In this document: piece by piece, positions 51,501 through 63,614 of the stretch | Numbering within the stretch: the first letter of the stretch is position 1 | Layout: every line of letters starts with the position of its first letter | DNA from: Octopus sinensis | Lineage: Eukaryota | Assembly: GCF_006345805.1 (NCBI RefSeq) | Contig: NC_043026.1 | Coordinates: 1,860,001-1,924,000, forward strand | Length of the DNA stretch: 64,000 nt | Direction: 5' to 3' | Translations under genes and position numbers: made by a program | The notes under the pieces: model-generated | What the model saw: only the letters and a program-made list of their open reading frames with translations | Told to the model about the DNA's origin: nothing | Databases searched by the model: none

Positions 51501-53580
51501 GTTGCGATCGTATACATTGTATACTTTATAGACAATAGTCTTTTCTTTAATTTAATTTTTTATTTCATTTGGTGGTGTTATCCTAGATTCACCGTCTTTG
51601 TCGGTGATCAATCCAAAATAGGTTTGTATTTCTTCCATTTTAATTTTAATGAATTTCTGTCTACCAATTCCACTCACAAGGGTTTGGTCAGCGTGAGGCT
51701 ATAGTTGAAGACAGTTGCACAAGGTGCCATGCAGTGGGACTGAACCCAGAACCATGTGGTTGGGAAGCAAACTTCTTAACACACAGTCACATCTGTGCTT
51801 ACTTGTTGTCTAATAATCACCCTTTAGCATTTAAACCAGCCATATCCAACCCAAATATTCTACCTGTTTTATGTTCAAATTGTTAAGATCCAGCGTCTTA
51901 CACCTACCCTATAATGTCATTTTAATAATATGAAATCATATTACTGAAATCACAAGCATACGAGATAATACAGGATTAATTCAAAACAGTGTGAATAAAT
52001 TAGCATTATAATCTAAATGCTAAAGGGTTAATTTACTTTAGCTGATCCTAGATGGTAAAAGCAGATGGTGTCCCTACGTAATACTCCCAGTCTGTGTTAC
52101 TCCATCCGGTCGAAGCTTCTTAATGAATGTTGATGATGCTCCTCATCATTTCTCTACTCCCGGTTTCATATCTATCATCACGAATATTGGGTTATGATTA
52201 AAAGAATACAAGCAAGGAAATGGGGTTCTTCTGTGGGATCTCTAGAGTAACATTGCTGAACAGGGTGCAGAACTTGGCGATTGGGGAGTCTCTCCAGGTC
52301 AAGCTGTTACTTCTCTGCACTGAGAGGTCACAGTTCTGGTGCTAGGGACATGGGATTAGAATGTTGCAGGAAAGAATCACAAGGGGGATCCTTTAAGCTG
52401 AGATAATCAACAAGGGATCTAGGAATAGATTAAGACCAAAGATGGTTGGATAATAGCCATAGTCTCTGTTGGTCATGTTTGAGAATCCACTCAAAATGTG
52501 TAATGATGGTTGCTTCTGATAGGACCCTATGGAGGAGGAGGACTCTCCTTCCATGACTCTCCCAGGAATAGAGGGCAGAGTAAATGGATGTATGGACTGC
52601 ATCCCACCCTTTGCTGTCTTCCTTTGTATCCTGGGTTCAACTTTCACCACTTTTGCCAATGTCTTCCTCTGTTTCTTTCATTATCTCTCTCTCATAATCC
52701 TTACATATTACAGGAGCACACTAAAGCAGTCATCTCTCTTGTGGCCAACATCATCATCATCATCATCATCATGATCATCATTTAACGTCTGTTTTCCATG
52801 CTAGCATGGGTTGGACGGTTCGACTGGGGTCTGGGAAGCCAGAAGGCTGCACCAGGCCCAGTCTGATCTGGCAGTGTTTCTACAGCTGGATGCCCTTCCT
52901 AACGCCAACCACTCCGTGAGTGTAGTGGGTGCTTTTTACATGCCACCGGCACAGATGCCAGGCGAGGCTGGCAATGGCCATGATCGGTTGGTGCATTTTA
53001 CGTGCCACTGGAACGGGAGCCAGTCGGGGCGACGCTGGCAATGGCCACGTTCAGATGGTTCTTTTACGTTGCCACCGACACTGATATCACAACTACAATT
53101 TCCATTGATTTTGATCGATTTCGATTTTGATTTCACTTGCCTCAACAGGTCTTCACAAGCAGAGTTTTGTGTCCCAAGAAGGAAAGGTATGCATAAGTGG
53201 ACTGGCTACATCCCAGGTAGAGGCCACGGGTTATGGTGTCACTTCTCCATCTTCTTCTTATATCCAGTTTTTCTCTCAATTCATTGCAAATACACATTGA
53301 CATTGCACAACCAGTGGAGAATGCTGCATCATTCCTTGCCAGCCTCTGCAGATGCATATCCTCTGCATTCAGTGTTCACATCTTGGTTCCATGCTCTATT
53401 GCAGGCCATAAGCAAGCATTGTAAAACCTTCTCTTATTACTAGAATGTTTCCTACCCTGTTCTTGATTCTAGTTGCAATTCTCTCAGAACACTCCCCACA
53501 ACATCTAATTGGGTCACCTAGGTAACAGAAGCTGTTTGTTACTTTTCACTGTATCTAGCAAGTACTGATATCAGTTATGA

Positions 53581-53620
53581 TCCTCTGAAGAGGTCTAAGA
53601 AGACTTGAACATGTCCGGAG
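53581..53620 (+). ncRNA. Decayed hammerhead-like motif
   Basis: UCCU-CUGAAGA-GGUC(UAAGAA)GACU-UGA-ACAUGU-C-CGGA. Stem III is the palindrome ACAUGU; the GAA core is mutated. Confidence 0.4.
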
Positions 53621-53942
53621 TTCTCAGCCTTTGCTGACTGAATACAGGATCAAATTACTATTAGTTCATTCAAGATAGGGTCTTTATTTCCTCAATGCAC
53701 ATGTAGTCCTAAGATTTGTTAATTAAAATTTTAGAGTTGTGGACTCTGTGCCTTCATTGAATTTGATTAACAAAGTCAGTGAGGCTATATATTCCTCTCT
53801 TATCACTACAAAAATAATTATAAGTAATTGAGTTTAATTACAATAAAGTGACATATATTAAGTATGTTAGCACTTGTTATATTTGGAATTGTCAATATAC
53901 ATACATACATGCATAAATGTATGTCTGTGTGTGTGTGTGTGT

Positions 53943-53974
<32 letters not shown>

Positions 53975-55217
53975 ATACAATGCCTAACTTCATACATACA
54001 CACACACATATCTACATCTGTCTATCCATCAATATATATATATTACAACAAAATTTTACATAGACTTACCCAAGGTTTCACACCCACAAAGCCCTGTGGA
54101 TGGCTTGTCAGACTCTATACGAATACAAAGTTTTAAAATATCTATGTCGCAGACATGAGGAAACACTCAGAACTTGTTAATGGGTACGGGTTATTTCCCA
54201 TTAATGAGAGGGAGTTAAAAAACCTTTCTAGACATGGAGAGCCCAAATGAACAAACTGGGAGATCCAATTTTCTAGTAAGTAGCACTTGAAGTGGATACA
54301 TTTAGAAAGCACTTCTTTATGGCTGGTTAATGTGCCAGGCTTCAATAAAGGGAAAAGGGTTTCGTGTCATACAGAATAAATTCATAAAGTCTGGACACTT
54401 TACAAAAAAAGGGGGAATATTAAAATATAGGCTACCTAAAAAATAATAGAAAAAAATAACCAGAGTGGGTTTTTTTATTGTTATTGTTATTACTGACACT
54501 TAAAAGCAGAATTGTTACCACTCTGGATTAAATGCTTAGCAGCATATTGTCTGTTTTTGTTTTCTGGGTCCAAATACTGCCAGGGTAGACTTTGCCTTTC
54601 ATCCATTCAGTGTCGATAAATTAAGTACCAGTGGTACACTGGTGTTGATGTAATTATCTGGTCCTCTGCCCCAAAATTTCAGGCCTTGTGCCTTTTGTAG
54701 AAAGGATTATCATTATTCCAAGGGTGGCGAACTGACCGAATTGTTAGCATGCTGGCCAAAATGCCAAACAGCATTCCATTCATCTTTATGTTCTGAGTTC
54801 AAATGCTGCCAGTGTATAATTTGCCTGTCATCCTTTCAGGGTTGATAAAATAAGAACTTGTCAAAGACTTGGGTCAATATAATTGACTTACTCCCTCCCC
54901 ACAAATTTCTGGACTTGTGCCAAAATTTGAAACCATTATTATTATTATTATTATTATTACTATTTATGGTCTTTGCACAGCTTCTAACGCTGGAGATGTA
55001 CTTTGGTGTCAGCTGTTCACTACCAGTGAACTAAGGTAACCCCCCTTATTTTTTGAGCCCCACCTGGAGTATTTGAGCAGTTCCAAGCAGTGCTGTTTTC
55101 TACAACTGCTCAACCCTTATTGTAGCCCCAATTTGTTCCATGTACTTCTCAAGGCTCCAACAGTTATTGCTATTACTACAACCTTTTTTTCATTGATCGC
55201 AACTAACATTGGTATGT

Positions 55218-55293
<76 letters not shown>

Positions 55294-55747
55294 CAAGGGA
55301 GGGGCTTCGTTAGAAAGGCATAAATTATGGGATGTTTTATCATTTGTCCCAGTATGACTGCAGTTGACAGAAACAAGTAAACAATATATATATATATCAG
55401 TTTAAGTCACAATATATGGATTCAAGTAATCCTGTAGTACTCATTAAAAAAGCTCCTTAAATTATCATTCTACAAATCAGTTAGAATCTATTGTGATATT
55501 AGGATTTTTCTTATTGTTAAATAAAAGTTCATCATTTATAACTTTATGTGTGTGTGTTTGTGTAGAAATAGTGAGGGGTTGTCAATCTGGTCAAATACTT
55601 CATAAGCTCTCTGTTCGCTCACCAGGCTAACAATATTACTTAGTTTAGTGTAGAAGTTCAAGTAATCTTTTTGGTAGGTTCCTGTTCTGGTTCGTTACAT
55701 TTCTGTATTGTAAATCTGTGGATGGGCTTCAGATAAACTGGTTTTTA

Positions 55748-56076
55748 CACAGAGTTGAAAATAATGGTCATTATATATAATTCCTTTATTGGAGCAAATT
55801 TGGCTTCCAGTAGTCATTATAGGTACAGTAGTGATAAGTCTATTGACCAACTGAGGAAAATTGAACAACCTGAGAAAATTAATGCGACTTCCATGAGAAC
55901 CACTTCTGGAAATAACAACATGAAAGTAGCATCAATTTTCTTAGGTCATTCAGTTTACCTTAATTGACCAATACACCTGTCAGTAATCTACCCACAATGA
56001 CTACTGGAAACAACTGGAAGCCAAATTTTCTCTAATAAAGGAATTTATGTGTAATGACCATTATTTTTAACTTGTG
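55748..56076. mobile_element. Palindromic Tc1/mariner-type MITE
   Basis: Almost the whole element is an imperfect palindrome (~150-bp arms, ~20-nt spacer), with TA at 55746-47 and 56077-78. Confidence 0.85.
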
Positions 56077-56156
56077 TATATATATTTATATATATATTAT
56101 CGTATCTAAAAGAATGGAGATGATTGGTATATCATTGTTTAAAACTTATGGTTGAT

Positions 56157-56210
<54 letters not shown>

Positions 56211-56214
<4 letters not shown>

Positions 56215-57169
56215 TGTAGAATTGTGTAATGTGTTAAGGACAGTACATTTATAAATTACATTATATCTTCTACAATGGGTTTGTAAAGGGCAGATGGCCC
56301 CAGGATGGCAGTTACAAGTGGGTGAATTTTGGAGATTGTTATCAGGAATGGAGGAGGTAATATTGTCAGGGGAGAGGTTAGAGAAGGGTGTAGAAAGATC
56401 CAAACTGTTAGTATTATTAATGTTTTATTACTATTGTTGTTGTTAATTGTACTAGTTGTAAGAGTGGTAGAGGTTGTGGTGGTGTTCTGGGTAGTTTCAG
56501 TAGGACGTGTTGGGTTGTGGTTGTGGTCTAATGTAAGGGTTTCCATGCTGGAGCTGTGTACATGTTGAGTATTCTTGTATCTAGAGTTGTAACTATGTGA
56601 GTTTTGATATATATATATATATACACACATACACACACACACACACATACATATATATGTATGTATATGTACACATATACATACATGTGCATGTGTACAT
56701 GCTTCTGTCTCTAAAGCTCTTTGTGAGACTCTCAGAGATTGTGAAGTAGGGCAGTAAACTTGTGTGTGTGTGTGTGTGTGGGGTGGAGCAGTTTGGGCAG
56801 GTTAAGTATGACGTCTTCCTCCCCCCTCTTCGTCTTAATATCTCTCTGTAGCACCAGGAACCAGTGAAGTTTCAAGCACGGCTGATTTGATTAATCTTCT
56901 CATAAAACAACCAAGATATTTAGTTAACTTAATCTCATTAATAAAAGATAAAAGATAAAACAATAAAGATAAAACAATAAATTACTTATATTTCTACAAA
57001 ACACAAAATATTAAGAAAAATTTTTTAAACAATTTCCAATAATTATAAGAATCATTTGGGATTTTTTTAGGAATTAAAAGAGTCCATAGGAAAAAAAAAT
57101 GGATGAGAAGCAATGATTTAAAAGAAACTTAAGCACAGACAGTTGATAAGACAGAGGAAGAACAGATTG

Positions 57170-57218
<49 letters not shown>

Positions 57219-58184
57219 GGCTGTAGAATTGTGTAATGTGTTAAGGACAGTACATTTATAAATTACATTATATCTTCTACAATGGGTTTGTAAAGGGCAG
57301 ATGGCCCCAGGATGGCAGTTACAAGTGGGTGAATTTTGGAGATTGTTATCAGGAATGGAGGAGGTAATATTGTCAGGGGAGAGGTTAGAGAAGGGTGTAG
57401 AAAGATCCAAACTGTTAGTATTATTAATGTTATTATTACTATTGTTGTTGTTAATTGTACTAGTTGTAAGAGTGGTAGAGGTTGTGGTGGTGTTCTGGGT
57501 AGTTTCAGTAGGACGTGTTGGGTTGTGGTTGTGGTCTAATGTAAGGGTTTCCATGCTGGAGCTGTGTACATGTTGAGTATTCTTGTATCTAGAGTTGTAA
57601 CTATGTGAGTTTTGATATATATATATATATACACACATACACACACACACACACACACATACATATATATGTATGTATATGTACACATATACATACATGT
57701 GCATGTGTACATGCTTCTGTCTCTAAAGCTCTTTGTGAGACTCTCAGAGATTGTGAAGTAGGGCAGTAAACTTGTGTGTGTGTGTGTGTGTGTGGGGTGG
57801 AGCAGTTTGGGCAGGTTAAGTATGACGTCTTCCTCCCCCCTCTTCGTCTTAATATCTCTCTGTAGCACCAGGAACCAGTGAAGTTTCAAGCACGGCTGAT
57901 TTGATTAATCTTCTCATAAAACAACCAAGATATTTAGTTAACTTAATCTCATTAATAAAAGATAAAAGATAAAACAATAAAGATAAAACAATAAATTACT
58001 TATATTTCTACAAAACACAAAATATTAAGAAAAATTTTTTAAACAATTTCCAATAATTATAAGAATCATTTGGGATTTTTTTAGGAATTAAAAGAGTCCA
58101 TAGGAAAAAAAAATGGATGAGAAGCAATGATTTAAAAGAAACTTAAGCACAGACAGTTGATAAGACAGAGGAAGAACAGATTGA
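56211..58184. repeat. ~1-kb direct tandem duplication (56211-57170 and 57218-58184) containing a Penelope-like fragment
   Basis: The copies are nearly identical apart from microsatellite lengths and a 1-nt indel. The minus strand encodes CNCHPGAICPLQTHCRRYNVIYKCTV...AIYI, resembling the Cys motif and start of the GIY-YIG domain of Penelope-like elements. Confidence 0.85.
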
Positions 58185-58344
58185 TATATATATATATATA
58201 TATAATACATATATGAGAGGGAAACCACTAAAAGTGATGTATGTATATATATATATATATATAGTTGTGAAAACTGTATTCTGTTGTTGCCAGGATATTG
58301 GAATGTAGTTTTGGTATTTCAAAATGTGTTGTAGTTGGCTTGAT

Positions 58345-58351
58345 AAGAGGT

Positions 58352-58394
<43 letters not shown>

Positions 58395-58676
58395 GGTGGG
58401 GAGAAGGAGGGAAGAGGAGAGAGAGAGTGAGGGAGAGAGAGAAAGATATGGGGGAAGGGGGGAAGAGCGAGAGAGAGAAAGAGAGAGAGAGATGGGGTGG
58501 GGAGAAGGAGGGAAGAAGAGAGAGAGGCGAGAGGGAGAGGGAGAGAGATGGGGTGGGGAGAAGGAGGGAAGAGGAGAGAGAGAGAAATATATGGGGGTGG
58601 GGAGGAGGGAAGAGGAGAGAGAGAATGAGAGAGAGAGAGAGATGGGGTGGGGAGAAGGAAGGAAGAGGAGAGAGAA

Positions 58677-58712
<36 letters not shown>
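58345..58712. repeat. GA/G-rich higher-order repeat (GAGAGATGGGGTGGGGAGAAGGAGGGAAGAGG...)
   Basis: About 6 degenerate units seen directly. Confidence 0.85.
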
Positions 58713-58715
<3 letters not shown>

Positions 58716-58844
58716 CACAGAGTGATATTCAGTTATGTTCTGGAGAAAGTGTTGGTGATCCTGAAAAAGTTGACTATGAATATCTTGGTTATATTCTAGA
58801 ATAAGCTAATATTTCAGAAAGAAATGTGGAAAAGACCTGTGAGA

Positions 58845-59200
58845 GGTAGAAATTGAACCATCTCTGCAGCCATCTTTCTCTATCCACTGTTGTTTGGAGA
58901 GTCATGGGTGTAGAGTCCTCAGATATCTCTTCCATAACATCACAAGCAACCAATTTTGGATTTTCTGGCTGGCTTCCCAAGCATGACCAACCAATACTAT
59001 AAATCTTATCCAACCATCTTGTTCCTGGTCTCCTGCCTCTTGGTTCAGTTTCAACGATCTATCTTGTAGTTCTTTCCTCTGACATATTAACCCCATGATC
59101 GTAGTATCGGGGCTGTGTCCTCTTAATGTGGAGAAGTATGGCTTGACCTGGAGACACTCCATGATCTCCAAGCTACACATCAAGTAAGGTTTCTCCATAG
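58845..59200 (-). mobile_element. Decayed RTE C-terminal fragment
   Basis: Encodes GTRRPG.QRTRWLDKI...TVDRERW-like motifs. Confidence 0.55.
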
Positions 59201-59211
59201 ATCCTTAAAAG

Positions 59212-59436
59212 CAGTGTTTCACAAACAGGGTCCATAGAAGATTTTGTTGCTAAAATTTATCTGCAATAAATTGGTTTTACACAAAATACTTAAATACTTT
59301 TTTTTCATACAATTTCTAATAAAAATGTAATAATAGGAATTTTTAGACATCAAATGATTATGAGGGTCCCCTTGCCCTGAGTAAAATAGGAACAAAGGGG
59401 TCAATAGGCAAAAAAACCCCCAGTTGAGATCCGCTG
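59212..59436. mobile_element. hAT (Charlie-like) MITE
   Basis: Ends are CAGTGTTTCACAAAC / GTTGAGATCCGCTG, with imperfect 8-bp flanks CTTAAAAG / CTTTAGAG. Confidence 0.5.
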
Positions 59437-59982
59437 CTTTAGAGGAGCCCCGTTATATTCTTTCACTTGTTTCAATCATTTGACTGTGGCCATGCTGGAG
59501 CACCACCGTTAGTCGAACAAATCAACTCCAGAACTTATTCTTTGTAAGCCTAGTATTTATTTTATCAGTCTCTTTTGCCGAACTGCTAAGTTGCAGTGAC
59601 GTAAACACAACAACATTGGTTGTAAAGTGATGATAGGAGACAAACACAGATACACACACACCCATATACACACACATATATACATATATATGACGAGCTT
59701 CTTTCAGTTTCCATCTACCAAATCCTCTCACAAGGCTTTGGTTGGCCCAAGGCTGTAGTCGAAGACTCATGCCCAAGACGCCACACAGTGGGATTGAACC
59801 CAGGACCATGTTGTTGGGAAGCAAGCTTCTTACCACACAGCCACTCCAGTGCCAGCTGTATTCCAGAACGTTGACCCCAGCCCTCAATAGCTGGGGTGTA
59901 GCAGCCATACTCTCTAGTGCTGTTGTCTGGGCTAAATACATGTTTGAGGATCTTGATAGAAGGCTATGGAAACATTTTGGCG

Positions 59983-60036
59983 CAGCCCTTTTGGCACAGC
60001 CCTTTTGGCACAGCCCTTTTGGCACAGCCCTTCTGG
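59983..60036. repeat. 14-bp tandem repeat (CAGCCCTTTTGGCA)x~4
   Basis: Period 14 seen directly. Confidence 0.9.
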
Positions 60037-60334
60037 CCCCAACTATTTGCCAACTTTCACATCAGACACTTTAATGTTCCTCTTGGTCTCTTTTCCTTCC
60101 CCTCCCTCTTTCCATCTGTCTCTCACCTTCCCTCGCATTCTATTCTCTCTTTTCCCTCCTTCTCTCTCTCTCTCTCTTCCTATCTTCCCCCTCTCCTCCT
60201 CCCTCTCCAACTCCCATTCTCTCCACTCTCCCTCCCCCTCTCTCGTTTCCTCTATGCCCCCCCCCCATACATACAGACAGAAACAGAAAGGCTATTTTGT
60301 AGATAAAGAAATTAAATGTAACACACTTATACAC

Positions 60335-60731
60335 TTTTTACTCTTTTACTTGTTTCAGTCATTTGACTGCGGCCATACTGGAGCACCGCCTTTAGTCGAG
60401 CAACTCGACCCCGGGACTTATTCTTTTGTAAGCCCAGTACTTATTCTATCGGTCTCTTTTGCCGAACCGCTAAGTGACAGGGACGTAAACACACCAGCAT
60501 CGGTTGTCAAGCAATGCTAGGGGGACAAACACAGACACACAAACACACACATGCATATATATATACATATATACGACGGGCTTCTTTTAGTTTCCGTCTA
60601 CCAAATCCACTCACAAGGCTTTGGTCGGCCCGGGGCTATAGTAGAAGACACTTGCCCAAGGTGCCACACAGTGGGACTGAACCCGGAACCATGTGGTTGG
60701 TAAACAAGCTACTTACCACACAGCCACTCCT
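60335..60731 (-). mobile_element. Family A SINE, near-consensus copy
   Basis: Complete head-to-tail copy with most CpGs retained. Confidence 0.88.
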
Positions 60732-61044
60732 GCTTGGATTTGATTTACAAAACATGTATCTATACGGATAAATGCAAACAGAAAGAAAGCAAAGACCCGA
60801 GATCTTTCAGATGATGACTATTCAAGTATAAATTCAAAGATATTTATGTATTAATTGAGCAAACTTACCCAGGATACAAATGATGGATAAAATGAATGGG
60901 GAGCAAGTACGATGTTGTAAGCCATTGGAACCTGAGTTCAAATCATGTGAGTGCTTCTGAGTGTTTTCTATCCCGAGGACTTCTGGATCTCATCTGTTGA
61001 CTATATATATATATATATATATTATGTATATATATATATATATA

Positions 61045-61570
61045 TATGAAGACCTATTGAGGCAAGTGAAAATCAAACCAAATCAAAATAGATGAACATC
61101 AATGGAATTTGTATCCTTTATGGTACCAGTGCCGGTGGCACACAAGAAAACCATCCGAACGTGGCCGTAGCCAGTACCGCATCGACTGGCCTCCGTGCTG
61201 TGGGCACGTAACAAACACCATCCGATCGTGGCCGTTCGCCAGCCTCATCTGGCACTTGTGTCGGTGGCACATAAAAACACCATCCGAGCGTGGCCGTCTG
61301 CCAGCCTCGTCTGGCACCTGTGTCGGTGGCACATAAAAACACCATCCGAGCGTGGCCGTTCGCCAGCCTCATCTGGCACCTGTGTCGGTGGCACATAAAA
61401 TCACCCACTACACTCTCGGAGTGGTTGGCGTTAGGAAGGGCATCCAGCTGTAGAAACACTGCCAGATCTGACTGGCCTGGTGCAGCCTTCAGGCTCCCCA
61501 GACCCCAGTTGAACCGTCCAACCCGTGCTAGCATGGAAAGCGGACGTTAAATGATGATGATGATGATGAT
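61045..61570 (+). mobile_element. Family D (RTE 3'-UTR) element with an internal 62-bp tandem array
   Basis: GGCACATAAAA.CACC units start at 61266, 61328 and 61390. It has an (ATG)n tail and is flanked by ATATTATGTATATA on both sides. Confidence 0.85.
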
Positions 61571-61613
61571 ATTATGTATATATATATATATTATGTATAT
61601 ATATATATATGTA

Positions 61614-61649
<36 letters not shown>

Positions 61650-62040
61650 GTGTCCATAAGCTACTTTTGCAATTTGAAATTAGCAGAGTTTATTAGGAAA
61701 CAGAGTCAGAGAAATAAAGTTTTTTTCGAGACGTCAGAACGCTTCAGCTTGGGCTCCACTGGTTGCACATAACACATCTAGACGATAAATTGTGGAAGTT
61801 GTAAAGATAATTTGTGAAAATAAAAAATAAGGATAACTTAGGGTTTATTGGAAAACAGAGGCAAAGAAATAAATTTTTATTAGAAACATCCAGAAACTCT
61901 GAAGAATTGTCCTTATTTTTCCTTTTTTCTGAATATTTCAGATTGTAAAGATAATTTATGGACATAATGATAATAATAAGAGTAATATCAATATTTAAGT
62001 GTTTCTTCTTAACTAATTACTTTTGCATCTTCTTGTGCAG

Positions 62041-62193
62041 GAATGCGTGTGTTTATGCACGGTGCTGCTGCAACTCCTGTCAGACTGGTGAATGCATTGG
62101 CTGAATATGGCAAGAAGGCTAACCTGAAGGATGTTGAAGTGATCCATATCCATACAGAGGGGCCTGGGACCTACGCAAAACCAGAGTATGAAG
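62041..62193 (+). CDS. Exon 2 of the same acetyl-CoA hydrolase/CoA-transferase gene
   Basis: Branch-like CTAAT, a pyrimidine tract and TGCAG| end at 62040. G|GA completes Gly, followed by MRVFMHGAAATPVRLVNALAEYGKKANLKDVEVIHIHTEGPGTYAKPEYE. VF-x-HG-x-AATP and HIHTEG are characteristic of the family. The donor is AAG|GTAAGC at 62193/62194 (phase 1). Later exons lie outside the window. Confidence 0.92.
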
Positions 62194-62695
62194 GTAAGCT
62201 TTTCTTTTCCTTCTTGTTTCATGTGATTCTTCTCCCAGCTTCATCTGTTGCTGGGGTTTGCAGGGAGGGCACCTTTGTGTTTTTGTGTATGTGTTTATGT
62301 GCTGGCACATAGCTTGTGGTGTTGCACCCACAATTGCACGATTGGGGTTTCAATTCCTGAACCAGGCGATGCATTGTGTTGAGCAAAAAACACTTAATTT
62401 CTCATTGTTCCAGTCCACTCACCTGGCAAAAATGAGAGGGATGGGCTCCACCAGGCTTTCTCACTCTCCAAGGGGTTAAGGGGCTTGTCATTGTATGTGT
62501 TTATCTAGGGACAAGAGATATTACACCTATAAAGGGATGTTGGAAAGGAGTGCTAAAGGTGGTACCCTTGAATGTGATCCAACCAACCTATGAACACGTA
62601 TACAGGTGTATATAAAGTTTGAGGTTGTAGAAGTAAAATAATTAATAATAAAGAGGGGGAGTTTCTAACAATGCAAAAACAGGAGATTAAGAAAC

Positions 62696-62733
62696 CTTTA
62701 TATATTTCAGGCTCAAAGGCTCATCATCAGAAG
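62696..62733 (-). ncRNA. Decayed minimal hammerhead motif
   Basis: The minus strand reads CUU-CUGAUGA-U-GAGCCUUUGAGCCU-GAA-AUAUAU-A-AAG. The core, stem III palindrome and stem I are intact; stem II is mutated. Confidence 0.45.
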
Positions 62734-63614
62734 TGATGGCCATGTTGCTTTCAAATTTTGGCACAAGGCCAGCAAGTTCAAAGGAGGGGATAAATTGATA
62801 ACATTGACCCCAGTACTCATCTGGTACTTATGTTATCAACCCTAAAAGGAGGCCTTGGTGGAATTTGAACTCAGAATGTAAAAATATACTAAATGCCATT
62901 AAGCTTTTTGCCAGTTTACTGCCTTAGTAATAATCCTTCCTACTGTGGGCACAAAGCCTAGAAGTTTGGGCTGGGGCTAGTTGATCACATCGACCCCAGT
63001 GCCCAACTGGTACTTATCTTATCAAGGACAAGAGGTAAAGTTGGCTTTGGCAGAATTTGATCTCAGAACATAAAGATTGACAAATGTCGCTAAGCATTGA
63101 CTGCTACCATGGCTCCTACTATGACCACCACCACAACCAGTAGACACTCATCTCCATCATCACTATTGTAAACATACAGCTAGCCATCCACCCCACCCCC
63201 ACTATAATGTCTATGGCCATTGGCAACACCATTTTTGAGGAACTGCTGTTACCATATTTACTGGGTAAAGCTGGGTCCTGCCTGTTTTGTGATCTAAAGG
63301 GTGTTCAGGCTCATCCCATAAATAATATAATTTTCTCAATTGCATGAACTAAAGCTCAGAGGGGGATGGGATAAACTACCTGCATCAACTTACTATAAAA
63401 GCAGGTAGTAATTTTACCTTGTCCTTATTCTTAGTGCAAGTTTTGAAGAGTGCAGTTCAATTTTAGCAGTTATTTTCTCAAAGCTATCATGGAAGTGACA
63501 AAGGAGCCTATTTGGCATATTTTGATTTCTGAGTTCTATAAAGGCAACAGCACATATGGTGTTCAGGATAAATTTGACAGATTGCATAAAAGGAAAAGAA
63601 AGAACAATATCTCA

